A DNA stretch of 62,227 nucleotides from Candidatus Poseidoniaceae archaeon (GTDB lineage Archaea; Thermoplasmatota; Poseidoniia; Poseidoniales; Poseidoniaceae). Of this stretch, positions 56,973 through 62,227 are shown piece by piece. Below the pieces are notes generated by a model. That model was not told the DNA's origin. It did no database searches and worked only from the letters and a program-made list of their open reading frames with translations. Within the stretch, counting starts at the first letter, position 1; each line of letters begins with the position of its first letter. Location of the stretch: the NCBI GenBank assembly GCA_964228815.1, contig CAXRAL010000046.1, forward strand, positions 1-62,227. Reading direction: 5' to 3'. Position numbers and translations under genes: made by a program.

Positions 56973-57395
56973 TCAGTACTGTTCCAGAACCAGTTCCGTG
57001 GTGGTGCTGGCGATATCGTTCGGCGCTGCGAGCCACATCTTGTCGAGGAGGGCGCGCAGTGCCATGGTATCGTCAACGTGAACGAGAGCGACGAGGTCGG
57101 CTTCTCCAGAAACTTCGTACACGATTTCCACGCCTTCCCATCCGGTGACTTCTGAGGCAAACGAACCGATTTCCGAACCTGGGGAGACTTTGATGCGAAC
57201 CAAGGCGGTCAAACCAACACCGCCCTCACGGATGGTGTAGCCCCGGATTGTGCCGTTTTCTTCCATGTTTCGAATGTGAGTGCGAACCGTGCGCTCGCTG
57301 GCCTCAACCCTCGAGGCGAGATCAACGTAGGACATGCGTCCGTTCTTTCGAAGTTGGGCAAGGATGGCTCGGTCGATTTCTGCAATGCGTGGCAT
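56973..57395 (-). CDS. Lrp/AsnC-family transcription regulator
   Basis: IDRAILAQLRKNGRMSY..LA....SERTVRTHIRNMEENGTI, YEVSGEAD; start ATG 57395 with CTTAAAAT 23-30 nt upstream. Confidence 0.9.
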   Translation of the reverse strand: MPRIAEIDRAILAQLRKNGRMSYVDLASRVEASERTVRTHIRNMEENGTIRGYTIREGGVGLTALVRIKVSPGSEIGSFASEVTGWEGVEIVYEVSGEADLVALVHVDDTMALRALLDKMWLAAPNDIASTTTELVLEQY

Positions 57396-57603
57396 GCACA
57401 TCGCATATTCGGCCCCTATTTTAAGAAATTCCCTCCGCCTTCCGCCCATATATGGTTGATTGATTATCAATATCTGCAAATTTTTCTCTATAAACAGCCC
57501 TTTTCGGGAAATCCAGCCGTTATGATATGAGTTGACTTCCGGCGGAGGACACACCCCGTTTGATTGAAGGAGCGCGCCCACCTCGCCAAAACGAGGGAAC
57601 TTC

Positions 57604-58857
57604 ATGGCGGGTCACATCACCGGTCTTGACGCACGCATGGTACTGGACAGCCGGGGGCAACCCACGGTTGAGGTGGACTGTTTTGTCGACGGCGGTTTGC
57701 TCGGTCGCGCCATCGTTCCTTCCGGGGCTTCCACAGGCGCATACGAGGCGTTGGAACTTCGCGATGGCAACGCAAATGTCTACCTCGGCAAAGGCGTCTC
57801 GAACGCCGTGAACAACGTCAAGGATCACCTCGAAGAGGCGTTGGTCGGTTTGCCGGTTGACGAACAACGCGTGATTGACGAGGTCATGATTGAACTCGAC
57901 GGGACGTCCAACAAATCCAACCTCGGTGCCAACGCTATGCTCGGTGCTTCGATGGCGTGCCTCCATGCTGGTGCTGCGTTCCACGAACTTCCGCTGTGGA
58001 AGTATGTCGGTGGCGTTGCTGGCGGCTTGATGCCTGTTCCCATGCTGAACATTCTCAACGGCGGGGCTCATGCTGCCTCGAACGTCGATGTCCAGGAATT
58101 CATGGTCATGCCCCATGGATTCGATACCTTCCCAGAAGGCCTCCGTGCGGGAGTCGAAACCTATCACGCCCTCAAAGCCGAACTCAAGAAGGACGGTTTG
58201 CTTGGCGGCATCGGGGACGAAGGGGGCTTTGCTCCTAACCTGCCCGCAAATGAGGAGGGTCTGAAGTACATGGTTCGCGCCATCGAAGGCGCTGGCTACT
58301 CCACGGACGAAATCGGTATTGCACTTGATGTGGCATCCACAGAATTCCTGAAGGATGACGGGTATCACATGGACGGCAAGGTGCTGTCATCGGACGACCT
58401 GGTTGAGATGTATGGCGGATGGCTTGACGAGTACCCCATCCTGTCCATTGAAGACGGGTTTGGCGAAGACGATTGGCGAGGATGGGCAGCCTTCACCAAA
58501 GCGTACGGTCACCGCGTCCAAACGGTGGGCGATGACCTCTTTGTGACGCAATCCGAACGCCTCTCTCAAGGCATTGAACTCGGGGCCGCCAACGCCATGC
58601 TCGTAAAGGTCAATCAAGTTGGAACGGTAACCGAGACCCTCGAGGCCATGGACTTGGCCTCAACCAACGGCATGAACAACGTCGTTTCCCACCGAAGCGG
58701 CGAATCCGAAGACGTCACCATCGCTGATTTTGCCGTGGGGACGAGGGCGGGTCAAATCAAGACCGGTGCACCCGCACGTTCGGATCGCGTGGCGAAGTAC
58801 AACCAATTGCTCCGTATCGCAGAAGACGTCCACGAATACCGCTCACCCTTCAACTGA
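57604..58857 (+). CDS. eno: Enolase
   Basis: DSRGQPTVEV, PSGASTG, GDEGGFAP, VGDDL, SHRSGE, GQIKTG, KYNQLLRI. Confidence 0.97.
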   Translation: MAGHITGLDARMVLDSRGQPTVEVDCFVDGGLLGRAIVPSGASTGAYEALELRDGNANVYLGKGVSNAVNNVKDHLEEALVGLPVDEQRVIDEVMIELDGTSNKSNLGANAMLGASMACLHAGAAFHELPLWKYVGGVAGGLMPVPMLNILNGGAHAASNVDVQEFMVMPHGFDTFPEGLRAGVETYHALKAELKKDGLLGGIGDEGGFAPNLPANEEGLKYMVRAIEGAGYSTDEIGIALDVASTEFLKDDGYHMDGKVLSSDDLVEMYGGWLDEYPILSIEDGFGEDDWRGWAAFTKAYGHRVQTVGDDLFVTQSERLSQGIELGAANAMLVKVNQVGTVTETLEAMDLASTNGMNNVVSHRSGESEDVTIADFAVGTRAGQIKTGAPARSDRVAKYNQLLRIAEDVHEYRSPFN

Positions 58858-58919
58858 AGTTAGCATTCATCGTTGGAAAAATACCGCCACTTAAGTATGG
58901 CACGAATGGCGTTTGGAGC

Positions 58920-60284
58920 ATGAACCGCGCGCTAACGCTCCTCATGATTGCCTGCCTCAGCCTCTCCACCGTCACCTTTGGGGTCTCGGCTGATGAAACC
59001 GAAGACATCCCCGCCAACGCTGCTGCAACCGGTGTTCACGAAGCACTTGTTGCCGCATTGGGCCATGCTGGCTTGGTGGAGACCCTCCAAGGCGACGGTC
59101 CGTTCACGGTCTTTGCCCCCACCGATGCTGCGTTTGAAGCCGCTGGCATTGACCTCTCCACGTTTGACAACGACGAGGCCAACGCCACGCTTGTTGACAT
59201 CCTCACCTACCACGTCTTGAGCGGTGCTGTAGACGCCGCCAATGTCACTGACGGATTGGTTGCCACCATGGTCAACGGGGACAACGCTACCTTCACTGTC
59301 GACAACGGAACCGTGATGATCAACGACGCAACCGTGACCACCGCCGATGTTGCTGCCAGCAACGGTATCATTCACGTCATCGACAAGGTGCTCATGCCAC
59401 CTGCCGACGAACCCGTGCTTGACGACATTGCCACCGTGGCCACCAACACCGGCGTTCACGACTCCCTCGTTGCCGCACTGGCTCACGCCGGTTTGGTCGC
59501 TACCCTCCAGGGCGAAGGTCCGTTCACGGTCTTCGCCCCGACCGACGAGGCGTTCGCCGCAGCTGGCATCGACCTCTCGACCTTTGACACCGACGAGGCC
59601 AACGCCACCCTCACAGACATTCTCACCTACCATGTCTACGCCGGCTCTGTTGCTGCAGCTGATGTCACCGACGGTATGGTGGCGACCATGGTGAACGGCG
59701 ACGACGCCACGTTCACCGTCGTGAACGGCACCGTCATGGTCGGCGATGCGACCGTCACCACTGCCGATGTCGCCGCCTCCAACGGCGTGATTCACGTGAT
59801 TGACAAGGTCCTAACGCCACCAGCAGACGAACCCGTGGTCGTCGATCCCTTCGAGGGCGTCGACTGCGCCGCAACCATCGGCATCGACGCGTCAGGATTT
59901 GCCTACAGCCCAACTGTGGTGAACATCGCCGTCGGCGAGACCGCCTGTTGGTTCTGGGAGGATTCCTCCATGCCCCACAACGTCAAGCAGGTTGACGGCT
60001 TCAAGTCGACCACCTACGTCGAGAACGGTATCACGTCCGGCGAGGCTTCGAGCGATGTCGCTTTCCACCACACCTTCACGGAAGACACCACGTTCTACTA
60101 TGCTTGTCAGCCCCACATCGCCATGGACATGTTCGGCGAAATCGTGGTCGGTGACGGTGGCTCGGAACCTGTGGCAGAACCTGCCGATGAAAGCGAGGAC
60201 ACTCCCGGCTTCATGGCCGCTGGAGCCCTCGTCGCCGTCATTGGTGCACTGGCCCTCATGGGTCGCACCCGAGACGACAACTGA
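58920..60284 (+). CDS. Surface protein: two fasciclin (FAS1) domains, a cupredoxin domain and a PGF-CTERM-like anchor
   Basis: Signal peptide; two GPFTVFAPTD...NGxIHVIDKVL domains; PHNV...YACQPH..MDM copper ligands; TPGF-TM-RTR tail. Confidence 0.9.
   Translation: MNRALTLLMIACLSLSTVTFGVSADETEDIPANAAATGVHEALVAALGHAGLVETLQGDGPFTVFAPTDAAFEAAGIDLSTFDNDEANATLVDILTYHVLSGAVDAANVTDGLVATMVNGDNATFTVDNGTVMINDATVTTADVAASNGIIHVIDKVLMPPADEPVLDDIATVATNTGVHDSLVAALAHAGLVATLQGEGPFTVFAPTDEAFAAAGIDLSTFDTDEANATLTDILTYHVYAGSVAAADVTDGMVATMVNGDDATFTVVNGTVMVGDATVTTADVAASNGVIHVIDKVLTPPADEPVVVDPFEGVDCAATIGIDASGFAYSPTVVNIAVGETACWFWEDSSMPHNVKQVDGFKSTTYVENGITSGEASSDVAFHHTFTEDTTFYYACQPHIAMDMFGEIVVGDGGSEPVAEPADESEDTPGFMAAGALVAVIGALALMGRTRDDN
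59004..59834 (+). repeat. Tandem duplication of the FAS1 domain (420-bp period)
   Basis: 59004-59414 and 59424-59834 encode highly similar 137-aa units. Confidence 0.85.
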
Positions 60285-60393
60285 GGCTTCTTCGCACACC
60301 CACTGCCCCCACCCGCTCCGTGAGCGGTGGTGTACCACCCGCTGTGGTGCTCACCCAAATCGTTGAAAATCAAACAACGGAGCGGATGAACAG

Positions 60394-61458
60394 ATGCGAC
60401 GGCACGTGCTACCTGTGGTTGCGCTTCTTGTGGCGCTGCTCATGGCCAGGCAAATCTACCCCTACGCTTCGGGTACGGAACCGACGGTGGTTGACGGCTA
60501 CGAGGTCAAGCGTGTGGCTGCCAATTTGGGCGGCCCCACCTGCTTGGTTTGGGCCAACGACACCCACCTGCTCATCTGCGACAGGGACGGCGGGGCCATC
60601 ACGGAACTGAACATCCAAACCGATGAACGGCGGACGCTTCTCAACGGGCTCGACCGACCTCACGGACTGGTCGTGCTGGACGGTGCAGCCGTGGTGTCGG
60701 AGGCCGGCAAGCTGACGTCATACACCATCGCTGAAAGCGGCCTCTACGTGGAACCTCGCGTGCTTGTTGAAGGCATTCCCGTTGGGAACCATCAAACCAA
60801 CACGGTGGATGTTATGCCCAACGGTACGTTGCTGTGGCACAGCGGCTCTACGTGCAACGTCTGCGATGAAGCAGACGAACGAAATGCGGCGCTTCTCTGG
60901 GTCAATGCCACCACCGGTGAACACGGCGTCCTTGCCAGCGGGGTTCGCAACTCGTTCGATGGCGTATGGGTGGACGGCCACGGGTACTTCTTCACCGATA
61001 ACGGGCGTGATTGGGAAGGCGATCACCCCGACGAAGAATTGAATTTCATGATTCCCGGTGCCGCTTATGGTTGGCCAAACGATGCGCCTGAAACACCGAT
61101 TCCATCCGGCACCGAGGCGCCTGTGGGCCGCTGGACGCCTCACACGTCCATGAACGGCGTGGATCTTCGTCCCGTTCACTCCTCGCTTCCCGGATTATCG
61201 CCCTCTGAAGGGTTCACCCTCTACGCTACGGTGTACGGTTCGTGGAACACCTTGTTCCCCGTCGGCCAGGAAATTCTCCGTATCGACGTCATGCCCGACG
61301 ACGAAGCCAACGCCTACACCACGGAGATCACCCGCTTTGCTTGGGATGCGGGCACGCCCTTGCCGTTGGTGTTCCACCCCGATGGCACGCTGTACTACGC
61401 CATCTTTGGTGGCGGCGGGCAACTCTTCACCATCGATGCAGTAGCAGATTTGACTTGA
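60394..61458 (+). CDS. Glucose/sorbosone dehydrogenase-like beta-propeller, N-terminally anchored
   Basis: GLDRPHGL, GSTCNVC, ASGVRNS, TDNGRD, EELN, YGWP, HTS, YGSWN. Confidence 0.78.
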   Translation: MRRHVLPVVALLVALLMARQIYPYASGTEPTVVDGYEVKRVAANLGGPTCLVWANDTHLLICDRDGGAITELNIQTDERRTLLNGLDRPHGLVVLDGAAVVSEAGKLTSYTIAESGLYVEPRVLVEGIPVGNHQTNTVDVMPNGTLLWHSGSTCNVCDEADERNAALLWVNATTGEHGVLASGVRNSFDGVWVDGHGYFFTDNGRDWEGDHPDEELNFMIPGAAYGWPNDAPETPIPSGTEAPVGRWTPHTSMNGVDLRPVHSSLPGLSPSEGFTLYATVYGSWNTLFPVGQEILRIDVMPDDEANAYTTEITRFAWDAGTPLPLVFHPDGTLYYAIFGGGGQLFTIDAVADLT

Positions 61459-61482
61459 TGTTCTTTTGCAGCCGGCCCATGT

Positions 61483-62148
61483 TCAGGCCAGGCGAACGGC
61501 GAGATCGGCGACCGATTCACCGGGTTGCGCCAAGGAACGAATGTACCGAGCCACGGTGTGCTGAGAGTGCTCCAAATCCCATGCATCGCCGCACCATTCG
61601 AGTGATGTCTTGGGAGCGGCTTGCGTGCTCGCGTTGGACTCAATGGACCACACCGAGCAACCGCTCTCGTCGCTGGCTTGCACTTGGAGGTACCATGGTT
61701 CTGGTGCATGTTCGTGCTCACTGACAAGATGATGACGCTGAACAAATCGTACGATGCAATCGTCCACGATGTGGAGGATGCCCGCTTCGTTGAGCATTTC
61801 CAGCACGTCTTCGTGTTCCGAACCGGGTTGGAACCACAGCAACGGCATGCCTTCTCGTCCATGGCGAACCATGAGTTCCATGACCGCCTGCTTGGATCGT
61901 TCAGGCGCAAGGAAAAACACCACGACTTCGGGTTGGAGACCCTCTTCAATGGCGGGCCGAACGGGGCGGCCGAGGATGGCCCCGCCTGCATCGCGAGGAT
62001 GAATCGGAACCAAACGCCACCCCTTTCCGTCAAGGTCGTGAATGGCTCGATGGGCTGGTTTCTCGGGGTTCAAACCGGCCCCAAGGACGTGGATGGAGGC
62101 GGCCCCACAAACCGTACCAACAATGGCAGGGTGGGCATCCCGAAGCAT
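61483..62148 (-). CDS. CoA-binding domain protein (YccU-like) with C-terminal extension
   Basis: VLGAGLNPEKPAH, LVPIHP, VVFF, WFQPGS, DDCI. Confidence 0.8.
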   Translation of the reverse strand: MLRDAHPAIVGTVCGAASIHVLGAGLNPEKPAHRAIHDLDGKGWRLVPIHPRDAGGAILGRPVRPAIEEGLQPEVVVFFLAPERSKQAVMELMVRHGREGMPLLWFQPGSEHEDVLEMLNEAGILHIVDDCIVRFVQRHHLVSEHEHAPEPWYLQVQASDESGCSVWSIESNASTQAAPKTSLEWCGDAWDLEHSQHTVARYIRSLAQPGESVADLAVRLA

Positions 62149-62204
62149 GGTTATGTTTTACCGGTTTTCTTTTTCAATCACTGTTCAAGCCCCCAAAACA
62201 GCAG

Positions 62205-62212
62205 TATAAAAG
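62205..62212 (+). promoter_or_regulatory. TATA box for a gene beyond the window end
   Basis: TATAAAAG ending 15 nt before the right edge, in AT-rich intergenic DNA. Confidence 0.35.
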
Positions 62213-62227
62213 CAACCCGAAGTGTAA

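Noticed and set aside
54919-57036. 705-aa minus-strand ORF with GFFGQT-like repeats
   Set aside because: Antisense reading of the AEEARL repeat and neighbouring genes; it overlaps several well-supported plus-strand CDS
57396-57605. 70-aa N-terminal extension of Lrp given in the ORF track
   Set aside because: Covers the AT-rich divergent promoter and touches the eno start; the Lrp domain and a TATA box support a start at 57395
60285-60393. Hairpins downstream of the fasciclin gene as a possible ncRNA
   Set aside because: Short imperfect stems consistent with an ordinary 3' UTR; no family features recognised

Overview
This is a gene-dense, mostly core-chromosomal window from an archaeon, most likely Marine Group II (Poseidoniales, Thermoplasmatota). 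The assignment rests on archaeal markers (GGGP synthase, archaeal DnaG, L18Ae/LX, prefoldin alpha, group II chaperonin, beta-CASP nuclease, PGF-CTERM protein) together with bacterial-type uvrA, purH, purN, a fatty-acid desaturase and a proteorhodopsin-like gene. I found about 55 CDS and no tRNA, rRNA, CRISPR array or mobile element. Most notable: (1) a MamK-like actin followed by a long coiled-coil gene, next to GGGPS, an ABC exporter and a DTK-motif rhodopsin; (2) a candidate replication origin (inverted ORB pair around AT-rich DNA, 3793-4034) with no cdc6/orc1 in the window; (3) an apparently highly expressed two-gene operon encoding an acidic-tailed membrane protein and a 692-aa protein that may be a degenerate PEPCK fold; (4) a cluster of membrane-tethered scaffold-like proteins (48.7-56.3 kb); (5) two Cys-rich micro-proteins and several candidate operators or RNA structures. 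All family calls come from motif recognition by eye; no searches were run.
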